A stretch of DNA of 64,000 bases, taken from the human T2T-CHM13v2.0 reference genome, Homo sapiens. A program made the position numbers and the translations under genes. Position 1 is the stretch's first letter. Every line of letters begins with the position of its first letter. Positions 33,920-49,972 of the stretch are shown piece by piece. The stretch lies in assembly GCF_009914755.1 (NCBI RefSeq), contig NC_060934.1. The stretch is one strand, 5' to 3'. The notes under the pieces were generated by a model. That model was given only the letters and a program-made list of their open reading frames with translations. It was not told the origin of the DNA and did no database searches.

Positions 33920-35485
33920 AAGATGTTTTAAAAGAGTCATATAAGAGAAATTGTAATCCTGTTTTATAAAGAGGACAGTGCAGGGGGAAAGCTGTACCCA
34001 ATCCCCCTGTATTACACCCCCCTTCCCCAAAGATAATCATTTAAGATTTCCAAAGTATTTTTTTTATTTATTTGAAATTATGTATGATTTTATTTTCATT
34101 TCTCCAAAGCTCTAGTAGTCTTTTAATGGTCAAGAAAATGGTCACAGGGACAAATGTCTAATAATGAACAACTAGTTAAAATAGTTGTTTATAAGTTCCT
34201 GTCAACTTGAGCTTTATGGATGCGTGCATAATTTCCATTGCGTGTGTTGTTAGGATATATATACGCTTTTCCGGCAAGCACAATGTTAGGTTATTTTGAT
34301 GCATTTGTGTGAATGGCACAGTGAGAGCAGTTGCTATTAAAATTACGTATTAGAATCAACCCCAGATAGTTCAGCACAGAAAAGCAATGGCATGATTAGT
34401 AGTATCGTCTTTGAAGATGAAAGTGAACTATTTGGTGAACCTCCCAACTTGATATAGAGGAGTTTGACTACTTTAGCAGAGTTTTTCTGTAGTTCATGTC
34501 ACTAAAAGTGAGGTAGCCATAACAGGGGTTTGGGGTTAGAGAGGGTGAAAGGATAAATGAAAGAATAGCTCCTATAAATGGTTTTATCTCTTTTTAATTA
34601 AGTGCAACCATATGCTGTTGATAGTTTTATATCCTTGGACAAAGTCTCACATGAACATTTTCAATGTGCATTTCTCTTTTCTGTCTTTATAAAAGTCTGT
34701 TTAATTACCCTCTGGTTACTTCCCGGCTGAATTAAGTAAAAATCCCCATTTCTTCTCATTCATTATGTCTGTGAGCCAGGGGGTTGGCATTAGGGAAGTG
34801 GTAGAGAAGAGAAGTTTATAGCTAGAGGGAAAATTCCACTTGACATGTGACTCAACTGAAGAACAAAGAAATCATAGTTGTAAGTAACCCAGGATTCAGT
34901 TCAATTAAAATCTTTACTATTTATCCCCTCTCCATGTTTCAGAAAGATGGGTCTCTTACAAATGTGATCATCCAGTTAGATTTACATGCTGTGTACTGAG
35001 ATACCTACATCTATGTTTCTGTTCAGCAGTAAATGCTTTCTGTCTTCAAGCTGAAGCTTATTTAGCCTGGCTTATCTGGTGCTGCTGTAGCAACCATCAG
35101 TCTCCAGGCAACTGAGGCACGTTGACCTCTCAGTTGAACTGAGTGCTGAACTACTTCAATTTAGCTGCCTGAGACAATAGTAATGGTGTTGAATGTGAAA
35201 AATGTGAAATTTTCTAGGCAATGTGCAAAGGAAAGGATACAGAAATATTTAGATAGAATTGATAGGACTCTTAAAATTGGGGATGCACTTAGCAATTGAA
35301 TCATTTTTTACAAAACGACAAAGTTTATTCCTGTTTCACTCTCATATAGACCCTGTTTGTTTTCAAGTCTTACATTAGTTGTGTTTAGATAGTCACATCT
35401 AGTGTTTTATTTAGGGTTGCTCTAAGTAGTTGATTTTAGAGCAATGCAGTAAGATAAATGGGTGAATAAAAATTATCAATATTTA

Positions 35486-36418
<933 letters not shown>

Positions 36419-36570
36419 TTAAAAACTTAGAATAACTTGAAACTTGATTTGTGCTGGGAAAAGGAGATACTTGTAAAATTGGCGGGTGGGGGGTGGGGAG
36501 GGGAGTCTGATAGCAGCATACATTTTGGGGAAAAAACCTTTAAAAAACTGTTTGATTTTATATTCTTATA

Positions 36571-37046
<476 letters not shown>

Positions 37047-37050
<4 letters not shown>

Positions 37051-37218
37051 TGAGACTACAGGTGCCCGCCACCACGCCTGGCTAATTTTTGTATTTTTGA
37101 TAGAGATGGAGTTTCACCATGTTGGTCAGGCTGGTCTCGAACTCCAGACTTCAGGTGATCTGCCCACCTTGGCCTCCCAAAGTGCTGGGATTACAGGTGT
37201 GGGCCACTGCGCCCGGCC
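37047..37218 (-). mobile_element. Antisense AluS with most of the right arm deleted
   Basis: tttgagac joined directly to tacaggtgcccgccacc; left arm intact. Confidence 0.9.
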
Positions 37219-37782
37219 TCTATTTTATATTCTTAAGTGTTAAACCCTTTTTTTTTTCCCCCTTTCAACAGACTAGTTTTTAGAGTAATGGCTCTTTCAC
37301 AAATAATTGATAGGAAGCCTGCTTTACTACATACTAGTATATTAGTAATAGAGTAGTTTCTTAACATTGCGGGAAGAGCGGACTCCTGTCCATGTGACTG
37401 TTAATCATGGATCAGGGTAGAGGTATAAATTAGTTTCTGTAGGAGTGTCATTAATTTTTCATTTTGCCTTTCAAATCCTGCTGTTTCCTAGTTCTGCAGT
37501 CATTCTGTACTGTCTTTGGGAGAATGCAGGTGCTTTTTTTTTGGTTTGAAGGATGATTTCTTTAGTAGAAGAACTTAAGACTGAATGCAATGAAACATAA
37601 TTGCATTCCGTTACATCCTACTTTCTGAGTTTTGCGTTTGAAATACAATCTTCATGTGATAATCATGGCTTCTTGTCTATCCCATGTTACTGTTAAACAA
37701 AATGATGTAGACTTAACATTTAAAGTAAAATAAACTTCCAAGGTTTATTTATGTGATATTTAGGAAATGCAGATATTTCGTG

Positions 37783-38095
37783 TTTTTGTTGTTGTTTGTT
37801 TGTTTGTTTTTTTGAGACGGAGTCTCACTCTGTTGCCGAGGCTAGAGTGCAATGGCACGATCTCGGCTCACTGCAAACTCTGCCCCTGCCAGGTTCAAGT
37901 GATTCTCCTGCCTCAGCCTCCTGAGTACCTGGGACTACACACGTGCACCACCACGCCTGGCTAATTTTTGTGTTTTTGGTAGAGATGGGGTTTCACCATG
38001 TTGGCCAGGCTGGTCTCGAACTCCTGACCTCATGATCCACCCACCTTGGCCTCCCAAAGTGCTGGGATTGCAGGCGTGAGCCACCTCGCCTGGGC
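37783..38095 (-). mobile_element. AluS
   Basis: Alu consensus with (TTTG)n tail. Confidence 0.92.
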
Positions 38096-41000
38096 ATATT
38101 TCTGTATTTTAAACATACAATTTAGTGACTAGAGTTTTGCAGATTTCTGTGACACTTTCATCTCAATTAGCTTCGAATATTTTGTTTTCCAATATGATTA
38201 TGTATGTGTGTGTTTATGTAGGGGAAGTTGTCTAAGATGTAGTCTCCGATTTCTTTTCAGATGATGTCTAATAAGGACACTTTAATTCTGCTTGAGAAAA
38301 TGGTTTCGTTTCTCAGGCAGATTTAACTGACTTCTGGGGTGATATTTATGTTTATACTTAATTAGTCAGAATGTAAATTTCTTCTGATTTCAATAATATA
38401 ATGACTTATAATTTTAAGGGAATTACCTTTCTGAGGAAAATCAGTTTTCATAACCTTGGTAACATCTCTTGTTACCAGATGATGAAAAGGTTCAGTCACA
38501 GTCACATATCTGTAAGTCTGGAATTAAGACATGATTCCTTAGCCTGCTCTCTTATTACTAATTGTTACTGTTAAAATGAATTTCCCAATTATGTACTTCT
38601 TATGCTAAGAGGTATCTCCTTGGAAAACGTTGTTAGTAATTTTACTGTGTTCATTTGTGTGATGCAATGCAGAAGAGAGAAATTTGAGTCAGCAAAAGTC
38701 CTGGGTTCCAGGAGTTTTGCTACTCACTTGTATAACCTTGGGCAGGTCTTTTAATTTTTGTGAGCCTCAATGTTTCCATATGTAAAATGGGAATACTTTA
38801 AGTACCTGTTCTACCTGCTATACAGATACTTTATGAGGTTCAAATGCAGACCATAAAATACTTTAGAATTCATGGTTATTGACTTCAACTGTTACTCTTC
38901 AGCCTAATTACCAGTGAGAAATTGTACAGGAACACTTCCTGTATTGGAAATAGTATTAACAATTTCTGTTAAAACTCATATAATTCATGCTAACATAGAT
39001 AAATGAATTTTAGCCAGTATATATATTCAGCTGTGGATTAAGGTCTTTCCCAGTTCCAAAATTATTTCAATAGCTGCCTTTGTCCTACAGTAATTTTTTC
39101 CCAGAAAGGTAAGAGCTATATTGATAAGATATTAACCAGTTAAGAAACCTACTTAGAATTTGTTGGTTAATCTATACAGTCCTGTTGTCCGATCATGAGT
39201 GTTCAGTGATGGTTTAACTACACTTCATTCCCTCCTGCTACTTTATGGAAACTCAATTGTGGGGCATTTTGGCATTAGCCTAAACAATGGTTTTGAATAC
39301 GTTAAGCTCCTAACAATTAGGGAGCAGTTTGGAGCATTGAATAATGTGGAATGATGCAATTGAACCTGACAGCTTCAACAGTCAGCCTACTCATGGGACC
39401 TGAAAGTTGTTCACACTTGGTTTCACCTCTCATCACATGCTGAGTATTGAAGCCTTACTGGCGGTAGCTGACACAGAAATGGGTCTGCTATCAGAATATG
39501 TTCTTAGTAAATATAAAGTTTGAATTGATCTGGAGAATATGTGAACCTTTCAATTGTTCCCTAATCCATGTCTAATGTTCATTCATGTTTTTGCTGGAAA
39601 CTTTTCTAATCAAATATATTGTGTTCCCAAATTCAAACAATAATATAAATTGGATCTAGAAACATTCAAGTCCTTACATTCTATGTGCAGCATTGCTATA
39701 TTATCAAATACATAGTTTAAAACATTACTGCATAATGAGGCATTTATGCTATTTAAGTTTTCTTAGGGAAATAGGTTTTAATCTTTGAAATATAGCCACA
39801 GTTCAGAATATAATTGGTAAGTTGTATTTTCTAATAATTTTAATGGAAAAATAGAAACCACAATAGCTTGTGAAAATAATTTTTAAAGTTAAGCTAAAAT
39901 ATGAGCGCTTACCATGTGTCAAGCATTTTTTAAGCCCTTTGCATATATTAACTCAATTCTCACAGTGTTCCTATGAGGTAGATACTGTTGTTATCCTCAT
40001 TTTCCAGATGGAAATTGAGGACAGAGAGGTTTAATAATTTACCCAAAGTGAGATAGCTTGGCTTATGATATATATGGTGATAATAAAATGTTTTTCCTCC
40101 TGAAAGTATATACGAATTAGGAATTTAAAAAGTAAATACTGAATTTAGTGAGCCTGAATATTTTTGGAAGATTGCATTTTTAATCATGTGTCAGGGCTGA
40201 AAAGCTTGAAGCAGCTAGTTTAGAGCTTTTTTGAATCACTTGACTTTAATGTTTATTGACAGGTTAATTGTGCATTAAAAAAAATGCTTGCTATATATAA
40301 CCTGTTCCTGTATGATTGAAGTATGAAGTTTCAGATCTATCTCTAGATGATACATTGCTGTTAATACAGTGCTTTCCAAAGGTGAAATATTTTCATCGGT
40401 ATTAATCTTTCGAACCTAATTTTTCTTATTATTCTGCGCTTATTAACATTAGGCAGGAAAAAAATCTACCAAAACAGTGTCCACTTTTAAGTTTCACATT
40501 CAGTTAATTGAGGACACTTGAACCTTTTCCCCCACGCAGTCGACTCCTTTAGCATGAGCCAAGTTCCTAGGAATTTGACAGTTACTACTTTATAAACAAG
40601 CTCTTTTAAAACATCTCTGTGGTCATAGGCAGATATTTGAAAATATAAGAGGTAAACTCTTAATAACAGGAGAAATTATAAGCTGAAATATATTTTTATC
40701 TTAATATTTTAATATGGTATGCCAGTCTACTTAGGAAATACTAAGTTTCTTTTATTTGTTTTGAGTTTGAATACTGCCTTGGTAGAGACTTGCAGACGTT
40801 TAATATATTAAGTTATTCTAAATTTGCTAAGGATATTCTTTAACTCAGACACCTGAACATATATTGTTTAAAAGTGACTTAAGCTTAGTTCAATAATTAT
40901 TCAATTTATTCTTAATCTACTGGTCTTTCAGTCTATCTTGTAAAATAATTACACTTCTCTTAATGAGGTTTTTACTAGAGTGTTACAATAAATGTTAGAT

Positions 41001-44000
41001 AACATCTTGAGCAGAAGTGATTTTTATCAGTTATTGGTCTTGGGAAAGGGGAAGGATTCCTCTTTAAGATATTATATGAAGGATGTATACATCCATATAT
41101 GTATATATAATCCTATATATTCTTATATATATTATCCTTACATAAAGAGGAATCTTTCAAATATATATATAAACTTAAGTTTGTTATGGCAGTTTTCTTA
41201 ATTTGAAATAATTTTCGATATATAGAAAAGTTACAAGGACAGTACAGAGAGTTAGATATATCATGGATATCCTTCACTCAGCCTCCCCTAGTGTTAACTT
41301 ATATTCTTACAGTACCAGCAGATCCAAGGAGAGTGTCTATTCACAATAGCCGTTCTCCTTACCTGGGCAGGTTAAGATTGAAATGTCATATAATAGGTAC
41401 TTCTTTTCCAAAAAGAATTTCTAGTCTTTGTACCAGATCTTCTGAAACAGTCTTCTGGTATATTAGTAATTTGCTTTCAATGCACTTTTCAAAATCCGTT
41501 TCCAAAGTATGCTGTAGAGAAGTATGTGTATGTTAATGTTTCCTTTATTTCTTATTCCAGTTTTTTTTAATACAAAAGCTTTCATGCCCTTGATGCTTCA
41601 TAACCCTTATTTCTTTGGGTTAACATGGACTTTCTTCCTTTCCCCTGAATCTTAATGCTTTTGCTTATTAATGGCAGCAAAGGTTTTTGAGTCTATGAAA
41701 CGCCAGACACTGTGTGTGCTCTCTTCAGTAAGCCGTCTTCCTCTTCTGCATCTTCAGTGCTAATAAGCTGTGGGATCTTTCCACTAAAAGGTGGGGGTTT
41801 CTTGGCTTGGAGGTACCCAGTCTTTCCGAAAGACTCATCAAGGGTCCCAGTATTAACTGTTCCAAACATCAGTTAAGAAATGTAGGCTAAGCAGTGACAG
41901 TCATTTGTGTAGTCTTTGGTATCTCATCTTACCAACCTTAAAATGATGACGTTCATGATTTCAGTTTCCCAGCAGAAATTAATATGGAATGTAGTAGATG
42001 TTTTTATACACCAAAATGACTCTATCTGGTAAAATTAATAACTTTTAATTTCTCTTTTGAAAGTCTCTTGTTTAGATAAATGCCTTTACTAGAAAAACAA
42101 CTACCACATTAATTTTAGCTAACCCGTTTGGGAAATTGGTCATTTCCAATAATACTTTCATTTATTGTATCAACTTTTGCCAGCCATCTTTTAAAAATAG
42201 ATACTTTCCTTCTTTAGCATACGCTAAAGATACTTTATCTTTTTTTGATGATCATCATTATGCAAATTAGTTGTTGTGCCATACTCCTTTCTATTTTGAT
42301 CTTTAGTATATATAGATCTAATAGATAGGGAAACTAAGATAATTCAGAGACTAGATCAAGAAAATGCCACCCCTCTGAAATTTGAAGCTAATAAGGATAA
42401 ATATTAATATAAAGCCCTTGGCAGAAGGAACCCTTCCTAAAAAAGAGTATATTTCTAGTTCTAGTGAGAGTTGGATCTTTGGATTCTTATCTAAGGCAAG
42501 TGATGAGACTGATAATTGAAAGCAAAAAGGTATTCCAAGTGATATATTGATATGTCACATAGATGACTGCATGAACGAGAGTCAAAAGGCTGGGAGTGTT
42601 TCCTTGCTTTGGAAGTGCTAAGGCATCTAGAAGTACACTTTATAAAGTTAATAATAAACTAAAATGAGAATGCTATCCTCAGTGTCTTCTTGGAGGACCA
42701 CCGTATCCGCATTCTGTACTGTGTTTTCTCTGTTGGTCCTATTTTTCTCTGCCCTGTCCTGTGGTCAGCTGTTACTTCTTGGTGTCAACAGACTGTCTCG
42801 AGATAAGACTGTTTCTTCCTCCTTCTAATTAATTTTCCATTTCTAATCTATTAAATGTGTAGTGGATCTTTTTTAGAATTGTATCTACAGTAAGAGTAAA
42901 TTGGCTCTACAAAAGCTATTTTTAAGTATTAGGATCTGAGACGTCAACAGATGGGACTGGTAATATCTGTTTTTTCTGTTGAATTGTTTGTATTTTTCTT
43001 ATTCTATATTGTTTTATTAATAGCTAAGATTCCCAAAGAATTGACTTCTGGAGAGAGAAAAAAATCTTAACTGTATCTCTGTTTATGAATTGTGTGTTTT
43101 ATGTGCCCTCTACTACTAAATACATGGTAAGTGAACAGCACGATCTTCATGTTGAAGTTATAACTTACCTTTTCCCGAGGGACAGTTGATTGTTAAACAG
43201 GACTGAAGAGTACCAACTTACTGACTTTGTCTGCATATTTTTAATAAGAGGAAAAACAAAACCCAGAAATTGACAGATTTAATTTACACATTAAAGTGTG
43301 AACTATAAAATACACGCTTTGAGATAATAGAAAGCAAGGATGGTACATCCCAGAAACTGTTTCCGTGAACCATAAACGCACATTTTCATGCTTTGTAAGT
43401 GGGCTGAAGGCCAAGATGCAATGTCATGATGTGAGTCTGTCCAGAAATACAGCTTCTTCTCTGTGTTATTTTGCTTACAACTACTGTGTTGTCTTAGTCT
43501 CTTGTGTGCAGTTATACATATCCAAATGTCCCCCATCTTTTGTTCTTGTTATTCAGCTTCTTTACGATAGAAGTGCTTTAGTTCTTTGCCGATATTTTCA
43601 AGAGTTTTGTTCTGAAATAACTGCAATGATTTTAGTTTATAAAAGCTTCAGTTTGATTTCATTCATGAAAAAGAAGAACAATTCTACTTTAACATTTGTG
43701 GTTCTGTTAAATCTGAGAATTATTTCAGGCCACTGAGAGTCTTCTGTGAGTAACAGCATTTTGTATACAAGAGATTTGCCTCCAAAATGTCAAATTTTAA
43801 GGTCATAATATTCTTGGAAAGTGGGAGAGAGCATGCACATCAAAGAAAGCATTTTTATTACAGTGGATTACGCAATACTTTGGCCAGCCTCCTTAGCTTC
43901 ATCTGTTTAAGGGTTCATTTTCGCTTGTTTGGCACAGGTCCCAGTGAGGCCTTCAGAATTGTGGTTAGCAACATGAATGAATTACAAACTTTGGACGAGC

Positions 44001-44509
44001 TCTTCAGTTAGTAGAGCTGGCTTGCTGCCAAAAAGACAGTGCCTTATATGGGGTCAGGGCAAAGCTGTGATTCGTTGAGTCCTGCATTGTATAGAAAACA
44101 TACTTGGGATGCCTGTTTGCTTTCTTTTAAAATAAAAACAAAACAAAACAGAAAAAGCAGCAGGCTTCCAAGTCTATCAAAATAGGAAGTAACAAAATAG
44201 TGTGCAGGTTTTACTAATGACAGAGTTAAGCAATGGAAATACAGCTCCCTGTAGCTAAAATACTAGAAGTAAAAGTTGGACTTTTGACCTCCTTAGCCAG
44301 CTTGTGATATGAGAGATTGAAGCATTTGGTTAGATACCTGTTGTCTTCCTGCTTTTATGTTTCAGATGGCTTAATAAGATTAATTAGTCTCATGTCCACA
44401 TGGTTGCTGTGCCACTGGGGTTTGGTATCAGCTAGATATGTTGAAAATTAAAAGCAGGAATAGTTACCTTCCAACGTGCCAGTTCTTCTTTTTTAAAAAT
44501 TTGTAGTTA

Positions 44510-45123
<614 letters not shown>

Positions 45124-45316
45124 TAGTTATGTAACTTTTAAAAAATTGACATGTTGAATGGTAAAACAAGTAAGAACGAAATTTGCTTTTCAGAAGGTCA
45201 CAAATTTTGCTTATATTCTTAGGTTGGAGAATATAATTACTAGATCTATTAGAAGGGAAAACTTTTAATATATTTTCACATATAATTCATTTATCATTGT
45301 AATTTTTTCCATTTAG

Positions 45317-45428
45317 GCAAATACTCTATCTGGATCTTCTCTCAGTCAGGCACCATCTCATATGTATGGCAATAGATCAAATTCATCAATGGCAGCTCTT
45401 ATAGCTCAGTCTGAAAACAATCAAACAG
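45317..45428 (+). CDS. MLLT10: MLLT10 exon E (112 nt, phase 0-1): ANTLSGSSLSQAPSHMYGNRSNSSMAALIAQSENNQT
   Basis: ttttttccatttAG acceptor; CAG|GTAAGT donor at 45429; frame continuous with D and F. Confidence 0.95.
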
Positions 45429-45571
45429 GTAAGTTTTCAAGAATTACTAACTCTAAAACCCTACTCTCACCTACTTTAATTTTTTTCCCCTTTTGGTTCA
45501 TTTTATTTGAAAACATGCAGGGATGTGGTTAGTAGAGGATTTGTACTTTAAAAAAATATTCACAGTTGGAA

Positions 45572-45706
45572 AATGTTAAATATTTCAGGTGCTGGTTATG
45601 TTAACTAGCTTGATTTTATTATTCCACATTACATTCATATATCATAACATCAATTTGTACTCCAAATTTATATAATTACAAACTGTCAATTTACAATAAA
45701 AAAGAA
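45572..45706 (+). mobile_element. Short 5'-truncated L1MA 3' end with 12-bp TSD tcacagttggaa
   Basis: tatgttaactagcttgattt..attccaca..cataacatca..ttgtac..tgtcaatt..AATAAA; TSD at 45560-71 and 45707-18. Confidence 0.75.
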
Positions 45707-46928
45707 TCACAGTTGGAAGTAAATAGTATGCTGTGCTGCAAAATAGCAATGTCCTTTTTTTTTTTTTTTTTTTTTTTTTATTGTCTGAAATGGAAATGTT
45801 TCAACAGAGCCATCAGCAAGCAGGAATGCAGCAGTGTCTCCTGTGACTTTTGTGATTGATGTGTTCAGTTCTCAGTTCTATGCAATGAAAGTAACATAAC
45901 ACTGGGCTTTTCTGTGAATAGCCTAAACCTTTATTTGCATAATTCATGAAATTGTATTACACAAACTTGGTTAAAAAAATCCTGTTAGAGAATTTCTGCA
46001 GTGTTTAGTAATCCTGTGAATGTTCACCAGTTGACGTTTTGTCGCATTTGTCTCTTGTACTGTCTTAATGAGCCACTGGATTTGCTTTGTTTCATTGCAT
46101 CCTTAAGGATTGGTTGACATGTCCAAGTAGTCATGCCTGTTTGGGGGAAGGGAATGGATTTAGCAGTTCACCAAGAATGGATCAGTCTGTCTTTACCGTT
46201 TAAGGGTCAGAGGTTACCTGACTCAGAATAAGGGGAGGACAACCTTGAAAGAGGCCAGATAAGGTGATTTTTATAAGGAACTAACTGCAGGGGAAATACA
46301 AGTTACTTTCCAAGCAGAGATATATGATATTACCTAAGGAATATTTTGAAAAGTTAATTTTTTTCTTTAAAATTCAGGATTCTGTATTCCTACTTGTTTT
46401 TGTCAATTTGGAAATTTAGTGTTTTATGTAATTTTATTCTTGGTGTAAGGCTCTAGTGTCTAACACCATAATTTTAGTCTTGGTGTGCAGCTCTATGTAA
46501 ATGTGTTTTATGGCTTGTCTTGGGATGCAAAGTGTTAAAAAATACAAAGCATACGGATTTGCTGTGATAAGCATACAGATTAGCTGTCCACAGCTGTGAT
46601 TCATTACTTTAACCGTAGAAATTAAAAGTGGCTGAGGGGAGGGTACAGCAAATGCAAACCACGCTTCTGTGCTGTAAAATTGAAAGGAATGAAAGAACAG
46701 AACATAATCCATGGCCTTCTACACCCACAAAAACGTGTAGGGACAACGCCTTACATGCCACAGTTCAGCAATTCTGAACTAGCAACATGCTAGATCTTCT
46801 ATTTTCGTGGGAACTGCAAAGATAGTGGTAAAGGTTTAATGTATGTTTTAGGAAAAATCAGGGCAAGAGTTTAAAACCTCTTATCTAGTGAGAGTCACTT
46901 TATCAGCTCTGAAATATTTACACTACAG

Positions 46929-47001
46929 ATCAAGATCTTGGAGACAATAGCCGCAACCTAGTTGGCAGAGGAAGCTCACCCCGAGGAAGTCTCTCGCCAC
47001 G
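46929..47001 (+). CDS. MLLT10: MLLT10 exon F (73 nt, phase 1-2): (D)QDLGDNSRNLVGRGSSPRGSLSP(R)
   Basis: ctacAG acceptor with a weak tract; CG|GTAAGC donor at 47002; frame continuous. Confidence 0.93.
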
Positions 47002-47818
47002 GTAAGCGCTATTTACACTGCAAAGTATAGGCAAAGGAAACGTTTGAGATTTGGAAACTTTCTTATCTCATATCAGTAGAGTGTACATTTGTGAGGCTAT
47101 AAAAGCATTCTACAGATAAGAAGCATGTCTAGACAAGAAAAATGATTCTAAATTAATTTAAATATTAATTTAAACACCATTAGATTTCTAAGTAAAACAA
47201 ATCCCTTTCCTTTGGTTTCCAATCAGTTCGAACTCTCTTGTATTTATTACCTGTATACTGATTTGAGTAATTCTTTTTGATCATAAAATAGTTTTAAGAT
47301 CTCTTAAAGTTGTAGACCCAAGACTTTCAAGTTTGGGTTCCAGTTTTAGCTCTGTTCTGTGTAGCACTTAATCCCTTAGTCTCTAGTTCCTAATTCAGTA
47401 AAGTCGTGTGGTAGATCACTAAACTCCTACTAGTTCTTAAATTGTTTGAATCAGTTATAGCAAATGTATTACAAGTTTTTTGAAATCATTTTATGACAGT
47501 ATTCAGGTACCATTTATTAAAATCTAATTAATATATTTGGGGTTATCAAACTGCATATTCCTTCTGTTCTAAATGGGGAGAATGTGGTATGAGATACTGT
47601 GTCTGCTTGTAGGGGAGAATGGAACTTTGGTGATAGCTATCTCCTTATTAATTTTATTTCCCTTCTGTGCGTTCTCTTTGTTTTCTCCATGTTCTCTAAT
47701 TTAGGAACCCTCCCTCAAGCATGGTGTTAGACTGGGTGACAATGGAGAGTAAGAGAAAAGCCCATTCTAGGGTCTTTCTTCCAAGAATGGGAGAAACGTG
47801 ATTAAAAATGAAAACTTT

Positions 47819-47938
47819 GGTCAGGCGTGGTGGCTCATGTCTATAATCCCAGCGCTTTGGGAGGCCAAGTTTGGAGGATTGCTTGAGGCCTGGAGTTCAA
47901 GACCAGCCTGGGCAACATGCCAAGACTCCATGTCTACA
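47819..47938 (+). mobile_element. FLAM / Alu left monomer followed by a T run
   Basis: Alu left-arm consensus. Confidence 0.8.
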
Positions 47939-48639
47939 ATTTTTTTTTTTTTTTTTTCCAAAATGAACTTTTTCATGTGATGACAGATCATGAATAACAG
48001 TATTGCTGATATATTTGGGGAATGTCTGTTAAGGAACATCTTCTTTATCCTAAAGATTAGTTCAGTAACCACTAATTTCATTTTCTAATGGTACATCTAG
48101 TGATGCCTTTTTTTCTGTATAATTCCTGGGTGAACTAAAAGTAGTATTGTTTTCCCTGATTGAACTCTGCAGAAAATCAAATATCCATTCTTTGGAAACC
48201 AGGAATCTGAAGAACAATGATAACATGATCTGACTAGTCTGTGATTTTATGCTGTGATTAATTCTATGTTGTTTTTCTTTTCAAAGAAGAAAGTTAATGT
48301 TTGCTCAGTGTTTAGTGGAAGAAGCATTTCTCTGTTGCCCTTTTAAACTTAAAATATTACAAGCTACCGAGAATTATTAAGAAAGTGCTATTTTGCTTAA
48401 TATAGTTTTTCCTTTTCATTAGTTAAATGGGACTTAACAAATGGTACTAAATTATTTTTAGCATATTATTTCCAACTTTATATTACTCTTTAGAAATCAG
48501 CCTGAGATGTAACAGCCTAAATTATCCTGGTATAGTGTACTATTTGCAGAGGGATGGCCAACTGTATGTGGCCCATAATGTTTACATATGGAATAAAAAC
48601 CCCATTTGTTTAACATCTTACGAAAATTTTGCAGAGACG

Positions 48640-48870
48640 CATATTAAGGCAGTGTCAAGAACACTAGTGGGTTGTTAGAAGACCTGAGTTGTATAGCCCA
48701 GCTCTTGTCACCTCACCAGCAGTGTGTCTTTGGACAAGTCACTAAAACTCCGTCCTGTTTCCTCATTTGAAAATGGAGCCAATAAACCAGGTTTTGACTT
48801 CTCACTAGGTTGTTGTGGAGATCATATGAGATATATACAAACGCATTGGAAATTCTAAAGCTCTTTAAAT
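48640..48870 (+). mobile_element. MIR (representative; similar MIR relics near 25440, 28000, 29800, 38700, 39900, 50300, 60500)
   Basis: MIR core-like ttggacaagtcactaaaactc..gtttcctcatttgaaaatgg. Confidence 0.65.
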
Positions 48871-49053
48871 GTATTATGTTAGAATGATAGCTGGAGACCG
48901 GAAATGGCCACACTTATTTAAACCAAAAAGTGTAGAGAACATTACATGTTCATCTTAATACAAGTGCTGTTTGTTTTAGAAGGGTTATCATTTGAAGTAT
49001 AGATCTAAGACATTTTAGAAATATTCATGTAAAAGGATCAAAAATTGCTTTGG

Positions 49054-49402
49054 GGGCTGGGCACGGTGGCTCATGCCTATAATCCCAGCAGTTAGATAGA
49101 GAGGCCTGGGCGGGAGGAACACTTCAGCCCAGGAGTTGGAGACTAAGCTGGGCAACATGGTGAAACTCCGTCTCCCCTGCCCAACCTCCCCCACCGCCGC
49201 CTCCCCGCCCAAAAAAAAGCTGTGCGTGGTAGTGTGTGCTCTTGTGGTCCCAGCTGCTCAGGAGGCTTGAGGTGGGAGGATTGCTTGAACCCAGGACCCA
49301 GGAAGTCAAGACTGTAGTGAGCCATCATTGCACCACAGCACTCTAGCATGGCTGACGAAGTGAGACCCTATCTCCAAAAATGAAAAAAAAAAAAAAAAAA
49401 AA
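49054..49402 (+). mobile_element. AluJ with C-rich expanded linker
   Basis: Alu consensus; TSD aaaaattgcttt. Confidence 0.88.
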
Positions 49403-49972
49403 TTGCTTTGATCTTATTTCTTAATTGTGAAAATACTTGAAAATGAGTAATTTTTAATTTATAACAAAAGGCTGCTTTAAGATTCTTAAAAATTTCTTTT
49501 TAGTGACATTTGAGATTTTAGTTGGTTGTAAATTCAAATACCTTTTACAGTATTATACTTTTTCAGGTTATTATGATGGCAAATATATCAAAGCAGAATG
49601 GTGAAACCCTTTTCTGGGAAATTATTTTTAAGTCTAATTTTGTCTTTCCCTCTTTTGTCTTATAATGCCATACCAAGTTATTTTACAGCCTATTTCAGAG
49701 ATTGTTGGTGGTGTGTTTATATTTTCTAGTGGTTTTTAATTATCTATGATGGCTAGCTATTTCCTTGATTCTATAATATTGGGAGGAAGAATGATAATTA
49801 CTCAATTTTAGGGTAGATTATGGTTTTCTAAATCCAGGAACCTGATACTTCTGGCATAGGCAGCCTGGTGTTATAAAACTCATACAGGAGAAAAGGGGTC
49901 AGCTTAAGGTAAGAAACTGTACTCTCTTAAAAGCATTCCCCTTCTTTTTAACTTGAGAATTGTTTTCAACAG

